NCBI GenBank assembly: GCA_016844925.1
Contig: JAERTI010000018.1
Coordinates: 1,221-65,220 of the forward strand
Reading direction: 5' to 3'
Source of the DNA: Candidatus Uhrbacteria bacterium
Lineage (GTDB): Bacteria > Patescibacteriota > Patescibacteriia > UBA9934 > GWF2-40-263
DNA: 64,000 nucleotides
How positions within the stretch are numbered: the first letter of the stretch is position 1; each line of letters opens with the position of its first letter. This document shows, piece after piece, positions 27,536 through 39,880 of this stretch. A model generated the notes under the pieces. The model did not search any database, was not told the DNA's origin, and saw only the letters and a list, made by a program, of their open reading frames with translations. The position numbers were made by a program, and so were the translations under genes.

Positions 27536-28114
27536 CTAAATCTCGATTGATCCCTGTCTCAATACCTCCGGATACCCATAATCATCCACGGCAACAATCG
27601 TTGACGGAAGCTCGGGTTCAAGTTCTCCCCCATCTAGATAGAAATCCGGACCCTCATCGAGCTGACCGCGAACACAGGCTGCTGAGTAACACACCTCCTC
27701 CCCAGAACGGTTTGCGCTCGTTGAAACAATTGGCGCTCCCAATCCCTCGGACAGGGCCTTGGCAACCGGATGTGACGTCACTCGAACTGCCACCGTTCCA
27801 CCCCTCACAACACCAGAAGACAACTCCCCCATCTCAGGAAGTACGAGTGTAAGTGGGCCCGGCCAGTGCTTCGATGCCAAACGTTCCAATCCACGAGGGA
27901 TTCCTGCGACAGCCTCGACCATCTCTCGTGAAGCCGCAAGGATCGGGAACGACTTTTCCTCCGGACGCCCTTTAAGCACCGCAACTTTTTGCACCGCTTC
28001 CTCATTGCGCGCGTCAGCAGCTAATCCATAGGCCGTCTCCGTAGGAAACACAACAACACCTCCTTGACGGAGGACCTGAACCGCTTCATCAATGTGCTGC
28101 TCTGAAATGTTCAC
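27536..28114 (-). CDS. tsaC: L-threonylcarbamoyladenylate synthase (Sua5/YrdC)
   Basis: FPTETAYGL, KGRP, WPGPLT, STSANRSG, PSTIV; GTG start inferred. Confidence 0.93.
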   Translation of the reverse strand: MNISEQHIDEAVQVLRQGGVVVFPTETAYGLAADARNEEAVQKVAVLKGRPEEKSFPILAASREMVEAVAGIPRGLERLASKHWPGPLTLVLPEMGELSSGVVRGGTVAVRVTSHPVAKALSEGLGAPIVSTSANRSGEEVCYSAACVRGQLDEGPDFYLDGGELEPELPSTIVAVDDYGYPEVLRQGSIEI

Positions 28115-28115
28115 A

Positions 28116-29045
28116 CTATTTTTTCTGATACCACTTAATCGTCTTCTTGAGCCCATCCTCTAACTTCACCTTCGGCTCCCACCCAAGAAACTTCTGTGCC
28201 TTCTTGTAACTCAACGCCGATCGCATAACTTCCCCAGGACAGGAAGGCACGTGACGCTCAGGAAGCTGATAACCAATGATCTTTTTCATCTTTCGAAAGA
28301 TCGTATTAATACTTGTCTGCTTTGCGGTCCCGATGTTGAACTCCCCCACAACAGAACGATTCATAGCAGCCATATTTGCACGCACCACATCGTCGACATA
28401 GACAAAGTCACGTGTTTGCTTCCCAGTACCCGTAATCATCGTCGGTGCGCCTTTAAGCATCTGCTCAGCAAAAATTGAAATCACACCAGCCTCTCCCTTA
28501 GCATTCTGACGAGGGCCGTACACGTTCGCATAACGCAGCGCTACATACGGCATGCCGTGCACGTGATAGGCATAATTGAAATACATCTCCGCACTACGCT
28601 TTGAAATACCGTACGGAGAAATAGGTCCCGGAGGCGTCTTCTCAGAATACGGAATACGCGCACCCTCTGGATACATGGGTCCGCCCGTTGAGGTATACAC
28701 CACTTTCTTCACCCCGAGCTTTCCACACTCATGCGCGATCGTCAGGCTACCCATGACATTAATGCGCGCATCTCCTGGCGGATCTTCAACGGAGCAGCGG
28801 AGGTTCACCTGGGCCGCCAGATGGAACACAATGTCCGGCTTGATCCGCTTGAGATACTTGGGGAACTGCGGATTCAAAATCGACATTTTAGTAAAATGCG
28901 CATTGGGGTTGAGGTTCTTCTTATTCCCCGTAGACAAATCGTCTACGACATACACTTTAATCCGACGGCGAATAAGCGCATCGACAATATGCGAGCCGAT
29001 AAACCCGGCCCCGCCTGTGACTAATGCTGTTTTATATTTAGGCAT
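28116..29045 (-). CDS. NAD-dependent epimerase/dehydratase (UDP-glucose 4-epimerase-like)
   Basis: VTGGAGFIGSH, YGISK, RYANVYGPRQ, RDFVYVDDV. Confidence 0.92.
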   Translation of the reverse strand: MPKYKTALVTGGAGFIGSHIVDALIRRRIKVYVVDDLSTGNKKNLNPNAHFTKMSILNPQFPKYLKRIKPDIVFHLAAQVNLRCSVEDPPGDARINVMGSLTIAHECGKLGVKKVVYTSTGGPMYPEGARIPYSEKTPPGPISPYGISKRSAEMYFNYAYHVHGMPYVALRYANVYGPRQNAKGEAGVISIFAEQMLKGAPTMITGTGKQTRDFVYVDDVVRANMAAMNRSVVGEFNIGTAKQTSINTIFRKMKKIIGYQLPERHVPSCPGEVMRSALSYKKAQKFLGWEPKVKLEDGLKKTIKWYQKK

Positions 29046-29055
29046 AAATATGAGC

Positions 29056-30172
29056 CTACTCGTTATTAGCCTTTTCAAATCGATCTGACTCCTCAAGCCG
29101 CTGACGCAGATACGCTTCCATAAGCGGCTCGAGCTCTCCATCGAGAACAGCTTGTGTATCTGATGTCTCAAAATTTGACCGATGATCTTTCACCATCTTG
29201 TACGGATGCAATACGTACGACCGGATCTGATTCCCCCACTCAGCACTTTGATAATCCCCCCGTAGCGCCTGCTTCTGATCTGCCTGCGCCTGCTCCTGCA
29301 ATTGCTTGAGCTTCGACTTCAGAATCTTCATGGCCGTCTCTTTATTCTGCTGCTGTGACCGTTCGTTCTGACACGAAACGGAAATCTTTGTCGGAATATG
29401 CACGATGCGCACGGCACTATACGTGGTGTTTACACTCTGCCCGCCTTTACCGGAAGACATAAAGGTATCGATACGCAAATCCTTTGGATCGATCTCTATC
29501 TCTTCCACCTGAGCAATCTCCGGAATCACCTCCACAAGGGCAAACGTCGTATGACGCATCTTCTCGGCATCAAACGGCGAAATGCGCACCAGTCGATGTA
29601 CGCCATGCTCACTCTGCAGATACCCATACGCCCAACGTCCATCAACACGAACTGTCACACTCTTGAGTCCCACATCCTGTGCACGCGACTCATCCAAGAC
29701 GGTCACGTCCCAGTCCTTGTCTTCGGCAAAACGTAGAAACATGCGCAAGAGCATCTGCGTCCAGTCCTGCGCCTCTGTCCCTCCGGAACCAGCGTGGATT
29801 GAGAGAATAGCTGGATCTTTGTCGTACTCCCCAGAAAAAAGCGTGGCGAACTCCATCTTTGAAAACTGTTTCTCTTTCACGGAGAGCTTTTCTTGAATAT
29901 CATCATGAAGACTCTCATCTTCTAATTCTGCCAACTCAAGAAGTTCTCCAATCGATGCTTGAAATGTCTCCCAGGTCTCGAGCTCACTGCGCAACCCAGC
30001 CGCTTGCTTACTCACGCGCTTGGCACGATCTTGATCACTCCAGAAGTCTGGCGCAGCCATATCTGCCTCAAGCGTCTTCACCTGTGTCTGTACGGTATCG
30101 AGGTCAAAGTAACCTCCAGGCTTCGCTGACTTTGGCCTGGAGGGCTTGGATTTGATGAATCAATTCTTTCAT
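29056..30172 (-). CDS. prfB: peptide chain release factor 2, with programmed +1 frameshift
   Basis: GGQ and SPF motifs; ATG 30172 MKELIHQ...WRLL then CTT TGA C, continuing DLDTVQTQVK in the +1 frame. Confidence 0.96.
30103..30118 (-). other. prfB autoregulatory frameshift site
   Basis: GGAGG TTA CTT TGA C: internal SD-like element plus the canonical slippery site. Confidence 0.92.
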
Positions 30173-30175
30173 ACC

Positions 30176-30505
30176 TTAGAGCTTCAGGTTCTTTGCGTAC
30201 TTCCCTAGCACGGGCATGTCCCACATCTTTCCCTGCAAGGCGTTTACCATGCCAAGGATAATCAGAATAACGAGAGCCAGCGAACCCAGAGCCCACACAA
30301 CCTGACCGAGCACAGGCACAATATTCCCAACCCAGAGCACGACCCACGCCAAGAGAAGGACAAGCCCCTGCTTACCATGATGCTGCGCAAAGGCGCTTTC
30401 TTTCTTGAGCAAAAGCGGCACAAGACACAAAATCCCGAGATAACCAATGGCCGCAATAAGGCGATCGTCGGGGAGATCTACCTGCGGAGGAAGTTGTTCA
30501 TTCAT
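30176..30505 (-). CDS. small membrane protein (DUF4870-like)
   Basis: AAIGYLGILCLVPLL...FAQHHGKQGL...ALQGKMWDMPVLG. Confidence 0.8.
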   Translation of the reverse strand: MNEQLPPQVDLPDDRLIAAIGYLGILCLVPLLLKKESAFAQHHGKQGLVLLLAWVVLWVGNIVPVLGQVVWALGSLALVILIILGMVNALQGKMWDMPVLGKYAKNLKL

Positions 30506-30545
30506 ACGAGGGGTATGGTAGCAGATTGATGATAGGCCTCAAAGC

Positions 30546-30572
30546 AAAACAAGGGCTCGATGCCCTTGTTTT
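30546..30572 (-). terminator. terminator after groEL
   Basis: AAAACAAGGGC-N5-GCCCTTGTTTT. Confidence 0.7.
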
Positions 30573-30580
30573 GCTTACCT

Positions 30581-32510
<1,930 letters not shown>

Positions 32511-32545
32511 AATGCGTACACACGTTAATAGTTTGAAAAACGACG

Positions 32546-32572
32546 TTAGCACTCTCACCAGAGGATTGCTAA
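32546..32572. promoter_or_regulatory. CIRCE element (HrcA operator)
   Basis: TTAGCACTC-N9-GATTGCTAA, one mismatch to consensus, 35 nt upstream of groES. Confidence 0.9.
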
Positions 32573-32604
32573 CGTCGCTATTTTTATCGAATTACCTAAT
32601 TCAG

Positions 32605-34082
32605 TCAAGACTCCATTTCTGACTCCGGTGGAAACTCCTGAAGGAGCGCCAAAGCCTCATCTGGTGACTCCATCTGTGCTTGCTCTGCAAGTGCACGAAT
32701 ATGCCCCTCCAGCTCCCTGACAAATTTTTCATCATCAAGAAAATATCCCACCACATCCACCTTGGGCCCACTGTGTACCTTCACTTCTTTCACCAACTCT
32801 TTTGTAATACCCTGCTCTCTCCAAAAATCCTGTCGTTTGTGCATGTCATCATGTGGTCGTACAAAATCATAAAGCCATTGAACAAACTCTCTTAGCGCCC
32901 CGTCGATGCCACGGTTCTTAAACTCAGCATCGGCATATTCTTTCCGAAACAGATGCGGTGCATAAAAAATTCCCCTTTCGCAATCATATAAAAGACACGG
33001 CGAATAGAACCTTGAGCATCCTTGGGTTTAAACAACCCCAGCAGCTCACCCACACTCACAACCAATGCCCAGTAATCTCGAAGTCGTAAATCAACATCAT
33101 GGCTAGATAATACCTCAGATAATAAGTATCGGGGGGTTCCAGAAAGAGATCGGTCCGCCTCAGCTCGAACAATACCCTTTCGCTCAGCAAGCCCCATATC
33201 AATAACACGCGAAAGGGTCTCTTCGCCATCAACATCGTTTAAAATAATGTTCCCCGGCTTCACATCTTCGTGAACCCAGCCCTTTGCATGCATCTTTCTT
33301 AAGCCGGTAAGAATCGCTCTTGTTGCAAGAGCGATTTTGTACGCTTCTTTCGGATCATCATAACCATCAACCCCTCTCTCACGTTTTTCGGCAAGAACAT
33401 CGCTTGCAGTTCTTCCCTCATGACGCTCCATGATCATCGCTATCCAAACTGTCCCATCCTCTTTGCGAATTGTTTCTGAACCAACAAAATCTCCTGTAGA
33501 CAACGCAGCTGAAATTTCATTATGAAGCATGGTCTTTCGAATCGAAGCTCCCTGACCTTCCCTGTATGTCATAAACTTCACCACACGCCTACGATCCGTT
33601 GGTCCTAAATGAAACACGTCATAAACCTGACCATATGTTCCGCCACCCAAATACTCTCCAACCTCCCATCTTAAACCACAAGCATAAACATAATCTGAGG
33701 CGGCAGGATCCCCATCCTCGTCTACAAACTCGGTCAGATACTCTTCTTTCTCTCGGTGTTCCACCTTCCCATATTCTGGCATGAGATACACCTCTTCCAG
33801 CAACATTTTATTAAACCACTCTTTTTGTGGGCCCTCTGCCTCCAAAGTGCTATCTGCAACAATTCGCTTAACCCACTCCTGATCCGTCAATCCTGTGATG
33901 CGACCTTGTTCACGCACAGACTTGATATGAAGATCCCGTTCAAGTGCCTCCGCATCAGAGGACAACAAATCCTCCTCATCAAAAGATAAGTCTTGATCAC
34001 TAAGTTCAAGCGAACCAAATGTTTTATTTGAAAGGAACGTTTCATTTGTAGACAATCTCCCTCGACGAAACTCTGATCTCAT
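32605..34082 (-). pseudogene. soluble Ser/Thr kinase-like gene split by a frameshift
   Basis: GGGTYGQV, VVK, HEDVKPGN, DMG, SGTPRY; adding one base near the T6 run (32964-32969) joins ORF 32892..34082 in frame to ORF 32605..32844. Confidence 0.7.
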
Positions 34083-34087
34083 ACAAA

Positions 34088-35353
34088 CTATTCCTGCGCC
34101 CATCTGACATAACACCCAAACACCAACGCTGCGAGCGCGAGTCCGGGCCAGAGGGACCAAAGGTAATGATCAAAAAATGAAATGACTAACACTAGTGTAC
34201 CAAGCGAGAGGGCTAACATGCCACCGGGTGAACGCCAGACGTGATGCACAATGACGTCCATGCGATACACCCACACGAGAAACAACAAGAACCCAACCAC
34301 CCCAAGCTCAGCCAGCAGAAGCAAAGGCGTATTGTGAATCGGTTGGTATGACCAAACGGGATGACCAGGGTCCTGAGCTGCGAGCGTGAATGTATAACCA
34401 GCCGGCCCCACCCCGAGCAGCGGTGCTTCTAAAAAGACATCGTCCCAGGTGCTGTACTGACTTACGCGCTCTTCTATGGAAATTGCCTCGACGGGTAGTG
34501 AAGGTGTAAACCGTGCGATCACTTGAGGCCAAAAAGTAACGAGTGCCACCAGAACAGAAGCTAGTCCCACCGTCATGATAGGTATGACCCTTCGGGGAGG
34601 AATGCGTCGAGTCCAAAACATCAAAGCAAGTAACACCAGTAACCCGACCGTTAATCCGAGCCATGCTGAGCGTGAAAAGGTGATCACGAGTGTTGCCCCA
34701 AGAACTCCTGCGACAACAAGACAAAACATCATCTCCTTACGTGATCGAGCAAATCGTGTTAGCCAAACCAGCATTACAACACCAGCAGCAAGGTATCCCC
34801 CAAAAATATTTGGATGAGGGAACGTTCCATATCCACGCAACGTGCGCCCAGCCGCCGTCTCAACCACAGCCACACCGGCGGTCTGCGCGTCTTTTGCCGC
34901 CATGCCAAGGAGTGTGGAATCTGGAGAACTCCCCTGTATCACTTGCCCCCAAGCAATAGACACCGGAACAATCAGCCCCATTAAGAATGCCTGGAGAACA
35001 CGCCGCACACTCGTTCGTTGATCTGTGATGATAAGAAAGAACCCCCCTGCAGCCATGACATGCAGCAACAAGAACCACCCAACTCGATCGATGGCACTAA
35101 ATCCAAGCGAGAAAAATGCCACAGCCATAAGATAGTAAAGCGCCTGGTGCACCCGAGCGACCGGCAATTGAACCTGTGGCCGACCCCGCAGAAGTGCCAC
35201 GAGGATAATGAGTGCTTCAGTGAAATACAAAGCAAATACGCCGTACTGTGAAGGATCCCCTCCCATCAGGGCGCGATCAAAAATTACTTGTGTCTGCCAT
35301 GGCAATAAAAAAACAGCAATGAGAAGCAATGTGCTGGCAAGACGATCTCTCAT
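34088..35353 (-). CDS. O-antigen ligase-like (Wzy_C) membrane protein
   Basis: RGYGTFPHPNIFGGYL, TFSRSAW, GVGPAGY, PIHNTPLLLLAELGVVG. Confidence 0.88.
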   Translation of the reverse strand: MRDRLASTLLLIAVFLLPWQTQVIFDRALMGGDPSQYGVFALYFTEALIILVALLRGRPQVQLPVARVHQALYYLMAVAFFSLGFSAIDRVGWFLLLHVMAAGGFFLIITDQRTSVRRVLQAFLMGLIVPVSIAWGQVIQGSSPDSTLLGMAAKDAQTAGVAVVETAAGRTLRGYGTFPHPNIFGGYLAAGVVMLVWLTRFARSRKEMMFCLVVAGVLGATLVITFSRSAWLGLTVGLLVLLALMFWTRRIPPRRVIPIMTVGLASVLVALVTFWPQVIARFTPSLPVEAISIEERVSQYSTWDDVFLEAPLLGVGPAGYTFTLAAQDPGHPVWSYQPIHNTPLLLLAELGVVGFLLFLVWVYRMDVIVHHVWRSPGGMLALSLGTLVLVISFFDHYLWSLWPGLALAALVFGCYVRWAQE

Positions 35354-36264
35354 AAATGATGGGCTGTAAGTTGCTCAAAACGATCTCGAAACTGTTCTCG
35401 GCGGTCATTGGCATGGAACTTCAACATGTGATCGGTCACCACCACCCGTGTATCCTGATTCGCCAGCTCTTTCAGTCGTACCGGGAGCCGACGTCGTTGC
35501 AAAGAACGAAAGACGGGCTCAAGCAGTCGAGGTTGCCTCACGGGAGCAGGGAGCGATGCGGGTATGTGTCGGTGATGATCTGCACGAGCAAACGCATTCG
35601 GAAGCAATGCTTCGACCCAACGATTCTCTAAGTGGAGCTGGCTCAAGAAGCTCTCCTGATCCATCACGGGCACAAGAGACTTCAGCCAGTACGCCATGTA
35701 CACATCTCTTTCTAGACATACGGATTCCAATTGCAGTGCGTCTCTCGTCGCGAAGAAGCTTAAGCAAAACGGATCGCGTCGACCCGTATGCGGGCGACGA
35801 CCAGAAAGAGCAAAAGGTAAGACTGACCAAAATCGTGACGACCAAATACATCCAGGGTCTGTTACAAGGAACAAATCAATGTCACTCTCCTCATTGGTCC
35901 CCCACCACGCGAGCGTATTCCCCGCTGCCACAGCCCGCACCCCCGGAAGCAGGCGAAACACATGCGCCCACCGTCGAAGCGTCTTAAACTTCCGTTCAGC
36001 ATCTTGAAATCGTTTTTGTCGTTGCTTGATCTGATCTTCAATAAATGCCGACCCCTTAAGGGCATACATCCCTTGCGATCGTTGAATCTTCTTATCAAGA
36101 TATTCACTCTGAGAAAGAACCCGTTGCACCTGCCCCAACTCGTACTTTCCCTCTGGTTGCAAGAGCCACTTGTGAATCTCAAAAGCCGTCACCGGATGCT
36201 GCGTGAGCGAAAACCAAATAAGCGTCCTCACCACCGCCCGCTCCAAATCCGTAGGCATACTCAT
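35350..36264 (-). CDS. nucleotidyltransferase-fold hypothetical protein
   Basis: PGVRAVAAGNTLA...ESDIDLFLV motif. Confidence 0.65.
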   Translation of the reverse strand: MSMPTDLERAVVRTLIWFSLTQHPVTAFEIHKWLLQPEGKYELGQVQRVLSQSEYLDKKIQRSQGMYALKGSAFIEDQIKQRQKRFQDAERKFKTLRRWAHVFRLLPGVRAVAAGNTLAWWGTNEESDIDLFLVTDPGCIWSSRFWSVLPFALSGRRPHTGRRDPFCLSFFATRDALQLESVCLERDVYMAYWLKSLVPVMDQESFLSQLHLENRWVEALLPNAFARADHHRHIPASLPAPVRQPRLLEPVFRSLQRRRLPVRLKELANQDTRVVVTDHMLKFHANDRREQFRDRFEQLTAHHL

Positions 36265-36350
36265 ACCCCCGCATCTTATCGACCTAACCGCCCCCTGTCC
36301 TGTGGACAAAAAAATAGACCCTTCAAGTGGTCTATTTTCCTTTCTCGTTG

Positions 36351-37106
36351 TTATTCCGCTGTAGCTTCTCCCTCTTCCTTCTTGTCTCCTCGCATCCGAG
36401 AAAACACAAACTGTTGCTGTAGGATGCTCACAATATTCACCGTCACCCAGTAGAGCGTCAATCCCGCAGGCAATGACGCACCAATCACGATCGTAATCAC
36501 TGGCATGAACATGAGCATCGATTTGTTCATAGAAGCCAGCATCGTCTCATCCTTGGCACCGCCTTTCCCAGCCACCTGCTTAGGAGGTCGCTTGGAAATA
36601 AGCATGCGTGTCTGCATGAACTGGAAGTATCCAGCCAAGACCGCGAGATAGATACTCACCTGAGACAGATCAATGGCCCCGAGGAAGACATGATTAATAC
36701 TTCCTGGGTTTGGCACAAATCCGTAAAGCATGTCGAGTGTCTCAGCGCCGAATCCACCAAGCAGCACACGATACAGCGCGATCAGAATCGGTAGCTGAAT
36801 CAAGACAGGTAGACATGATGAAAGCGGATTCACCTGCTCCTTCTGATACAGCTCCATCATGGCCTTAGCAAGTTCTTCTCGGTCCTCACCATGCTCCTCC
36901 TTAAGCTCTTCAATCTTTGGCTGGAGCGTCTGCAGCGCCTTTTGTGAACGCAGCGACTTACTCATGAGCGGCCAGAGCGCCACCTTGATTAAAATCGTAA
37001 GAGCAATGATGGCAAATCCAATGTCTGCACCCGGGATCACTCCATACAGGAAGATCAACAGGTTAAAGATTGGCTCAATCAAGATCGTTCGAAAAAATTC
37101 TCCCAT
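36351..37106 (-). CDS. yidC: membrane protein insertase YidC/Oxa1
   Basis: LQPKIEELK, NPLSSCLPVLIQLPIL, PAGLTLYW. Confidence 0.94.
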   Translation of the reverse strand: MGEFFRTILIEPIFNLLIFLYGVIPGADIGFAIIALTILIKVALWPLMSKSLRSQKALQTLQPKIEELKEEHGEDREELAKAMMELYQKEQVNPLSSCLPVLIQLPILIALYRVLLGGFGAETLDMLYGFVPNPGSINHVFLGAIDLSQVSIYLAVLAGYFQFMQTRMLISKRPPKQVAGKGGAKDETMLASMNKSMLMFMPVITIVIGASLPAGLTLYWVTVNIVSILQQQFVFSRMRGDKKEEGEATAE

Positions 37107-37108
37107 AA

Positions 37109-38626
37109 TTATTCCTCCGTTTCTTCAGTCTCTTCAGATGAATCTTCCTTGGGTGTCTCTTCTGTCTCTGTTGTCTCTGTGACAGGAGTCTCTTCAGCCT
37201 CCGGCTCAGCCGCAGCAACCTCTTCGTCAGTCTCCTCGACAGCAACCTCTTCAGCTGGTGTCTCTTCGGTCACCTCTTCCGCAGTCTCCTTAGCAGCCTC
37301 CTCTTCAGCCGGAGCTTCTGCTGGAGCCTCCTCGACAACCTCTTCAACTGAAACTTCTTCTGCAGGAGCCTCGGCTGCCACCTCTTCACCTGCAGCAGGC
37401 ACCTCCTCAGCGGAAGCATCCTCTCCTTCAGCCGGAGCAGCTTTTTCTTCGCCCTCCTCTTTTCCTTCTTCGGAAATATTAATCTTCCAGCCTGTAAGTC
37501 GAGCCGCGAGTCGGACATTCTGCCCCCCCTTACCAATGGCCAGTGACAACTGATCTTCTTCAACCTTTACAAAGGCAGCTCGCTCCTCTTCCTTCAACTC
37601 AACGGATGTAATCTTGGCTGGTGAAAGAGCGTTGATAATGAAGGTCTCTGCATCATCGCTCCACTCCACAATATCCACCTTTTCTCCACCAAGTTCTCCA
37701 ATAATCGTCTGAATACGGGAACCACGCTGACCAATACAAGCACCGATTGGATCGATGTGGTCATCACTTGTAGAAACCGCAACCTTTGAACGAGAGCCGG
37801 CTTCACGAGCAATCTCTTTGAGCTCTACCAGTCCCTCTTGGATCTCAGGAATCTCAAACTCAAATAACTTGCGGACCATTTCCTCAGAAGTTCGAGAAAG
37901 AAGAATCTCCGGACCCTTAGTGGTAAGACCCACTTCACGAACAAACACCTTGATACGATCACCTGGGTTATAACGCTCGTTTGGATTCTGATCTTCTGGG
38001 CGCATCACACCTGTCGTGCGTCCCATATCTACCAAAACAATGCGGCCCTCGCGACGCTGAACAGTACCCGTAAGAATCTGTCCTTCATGTTCCTTAAACT
38101 CTGAGAACACCACTTCACGCTCAGCCTCACGCAGCTTCTGCGTGATGACCTGTTTGGCGGTCATGGCAGCCATGCGACCAAACTCATCTGGCTCTGGAAG
38201 CTCTGTGCGAATAATGTCATCAATCTTACTTCCCATCTTCAGGACCTGTGCCTGAGAAATCATGATGTCCGTCTTGGGGTTAAATCGTGGCCCCATGTCA
38301 TCCTCAATCGTGATCGCCGGGATCTGCTCACCCTTTGCGCGAGCCTCCTTGATCTGCTCAGCCAGAGCCTCGGCGCGCTCCTTGCGCTCCTCCTCGAGCT
38401 TCTCGAGCTCCTCAAGATCCACATCCTCAACAACAGTTTTCACATCAAAGACCTTTGACTCTGCCGTAGCGGGATCAAATTCAACTTCAATGTTCTGATT
38501 CTTATCACCGAAATCCTTTCGGTAAGCGGCTGCGAGTGCTGACTGGATCGCATCGATCACAGACTCAAACGCGAGGCCTTTTTCCTCACAAATTTGCCGA
38601 ATGGCTTGTTCAATGGGAGATGCCAT
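37109..38626 (-). CDS. nusA: transcription factor NusA with long acidic C-terminal tail
   Basis: FGRMAAMTAKQVITQ, S1 domain, AREAGSRSKVAV, GACIGQRG, AIGKGGQNVRLA. Confidence 0.97.
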   Translation of the reverse strand: MASPIEQAIRQICEEKGLAFESVIDAIQSALAAAYRKDFGDKNQNIEVEFDPATAESKVFDVKTVVEDVDLEELEKLEEERKERAEALAEQIKEARAKGEQIPAITIEDDMGPRFNPKTDIMISQAQVLKMGSKIDDIIRTELPEPDEFGRMAAMTAKQVITQKLREAEREVVFSEFKEHEGQILTGTVQRREGRIVLVDMGRTTGVMRPEDQNPNERYNPGDRIKVFVREVGLTTKGPEILLSRTSEEMVRKLFEFEIPEIQEGLVELKEIAREAGSRSKVAVSTSDDHIDPIGACIGQRGSRIQTIIGELGGEKVDIVEWSDDAETFIINALSPAKITSVELKEEERAAFVKVEEDQLSLAIGKGGQNVRLAARLTGWKINISEEGKEEGEEKAAPAEGEDASAEEVPAAGEEVAAEAPAEEVSVEEVVEEAPAEAPAEEEAAKETAEEVTEETPAEEVAVEETDEEVAAAEPEAEETPVTETTETEETPKEDSSEETEETEE

Positions 38627-38727
38627 AATAGGTGCTTTTAAAGCTTTAACTCCTAGCCGATAGCGATTAACTAGCAGCTACTTAACAAAGAGACCCGTCA
38701 TAATAGACAGGTCTTAACGCGTCCAAG

Positions 38728-39102
38728 CTACCAAAATTTCTCCGGAATGTCAATGTCCTCAATGTGCGTCACTGTTGGAGGGGATGTCTCATATTCAACG
38801 GAAATAACATCAATACGCCAAGGTGATTCTTCCAAATGCTTTTGTGCCAAATACGCCTCACCCACCCGCACCAAATGCCCAATCTTCTCCTGTGTCACCG
38901 CCTCTTCTGGATAGCCATAATTACTACTGGCGCGCGCCTTCACCTCAACAAAAACAACCTCGTTGCCGTCCTGGCATACGAGGTCGATTTCTCCGAATGA
39001 TTTTGTAAATTGACGTGCGAGTACGCGGTACCCCTTCTCCTGCAAATACGTAGCCGCCACAGCCTCTGCAGTATTCCCCAGCTGCTTGCGCGGATCCAAC
39101 AT
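38728..39102 (-). CDS. YraN family (UPF0102) putative nuclease
   Basis: LGNTAEAVAATYL, GEIDLV, VFVEVKAR, RIDVI. Confidence 0.9.
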   Translation of the reverse strand: MLDPRKQLGNTAEAVAATYLQEKGYRVLARQFTKSFGEIDLVCQDGNEVVFVEVKARASSNYGYPEEAVTQEKIGHLVRVGEAYLAQKHLEESPWRIDVISVEYETSPPTVTHIEDIDIPEKFW

Positions 39103-39103
39103 A

Positions 39104-39532
39104 CTAGCGACGCTTTTTCTTTCGACGTTTCTTGCTCTTTGGAAGATAGGCACCCGCTGCTCTTCGGCTTGCACTTCGTGCCTTCATGGCAGGAACATCT
39201 TGGCGAACATATCGAACAATGTAGTACGCCCACACCCCAACGATGATCGCCCATACCGGGTACCAGAATCGCGCTCCAAAGAAATGTGCACGCTCATAAC
39301 TAAAGAAGTACAGAAGAATGCCGAGGAGCCCCATGGTGATCAGCAACGTTGAAATCCGTCCGCCAATCTCACGCTTGAAACGATCCTGTTCTTTGCGATC
39401 AGTCACAATACGTCCCACAATCCCGAGGACAAAACACAGAACAAACAAGACAAACAGAATAGTCCCGAGCGTGCCAGTCACCTCAGGTGGCTGTGTGGTG
39501 AACCAATAGGATGGTTGAAAGAAAGTCATCAT
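39104..39532 (-). CDS. hypothetical membrane protein with basic C-terminus
   Basis: three TM helices; YLPKSKKRRKKKRR tail. Confidence 0.75.
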   Translation of the reverse strand: MMTFFQPSYWFTTQPPEVTGTLGTILFVLFVLCFVLGIVGRIVTDRKEQDRFKREIGGRISTLLITMGLLGILLYFFSYERAHFFGARFWYPVWAIIVGVWAYYIVRYVRQDVPAMKARSASRRAAGAYLPKSKKRRKKKRR

Positions 39533-39563
39533 ATGAATGAGAGCCTACCAAAGACCGCTACGG

Positions 39564-39815
39564 CTAGCAATGGGTAAGCAAACAGGCGATCGAGCCAAGC
39601 CAGCTGCTAATCACATTGGTGGCAATAGCGGCGCCAATGAACACAAAGGCAATGCCTAAAAGCTTATAAAAAAAGTACGAACCACCAGTGCCGAACTTAT
39701 CTTCTGCAAAGGGCACACGCCCAAACCAGGAGACAACTACCTCGGTTTTACGGACCATAAGGTACCCAACAACCATCACAGCTAGACCAAGGGGAATGCG
39801 TAAAAAGATAGACAT
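39564..39815 (-). CDS. small hypothetical membrane protein
   Basis: two TM helices, FGRVPFAEDKFGTGGS; ATG 39815 lies 8 nt after TGtTAGACT. Confidence 0.75.
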   Translation of the reverse strand: MSIFLRIPLGLAVMVVGYLMVRKTEVVVSWFGRVPFAEDKFGTGGSYFFYKLLGIAFVFIGAAIATNVISSWLGSIACLLTHC

Positions 39816-39880
39816 ATACAGACAGTCTAACACGCCCTCTTGCCAAGATGCGAGAATACCGTTAGCATACTGATCGCTTA

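Noticed and set aside
30078-30347. separate 89-aa ORF upstream of prfB
   Set aside because: Its 3' part is in another frame overlapping the prfB 5' segment and its 5' part overlaps the DUF4870-like gene; it has no independent support.
32964-32970. canonical programmed -1 frameshift heptamer in the split kinase
   Set aside because: TTTTTTA is phased TTT TTT A rather than T TTT TTA, and no clear stimulatory structure was seen.
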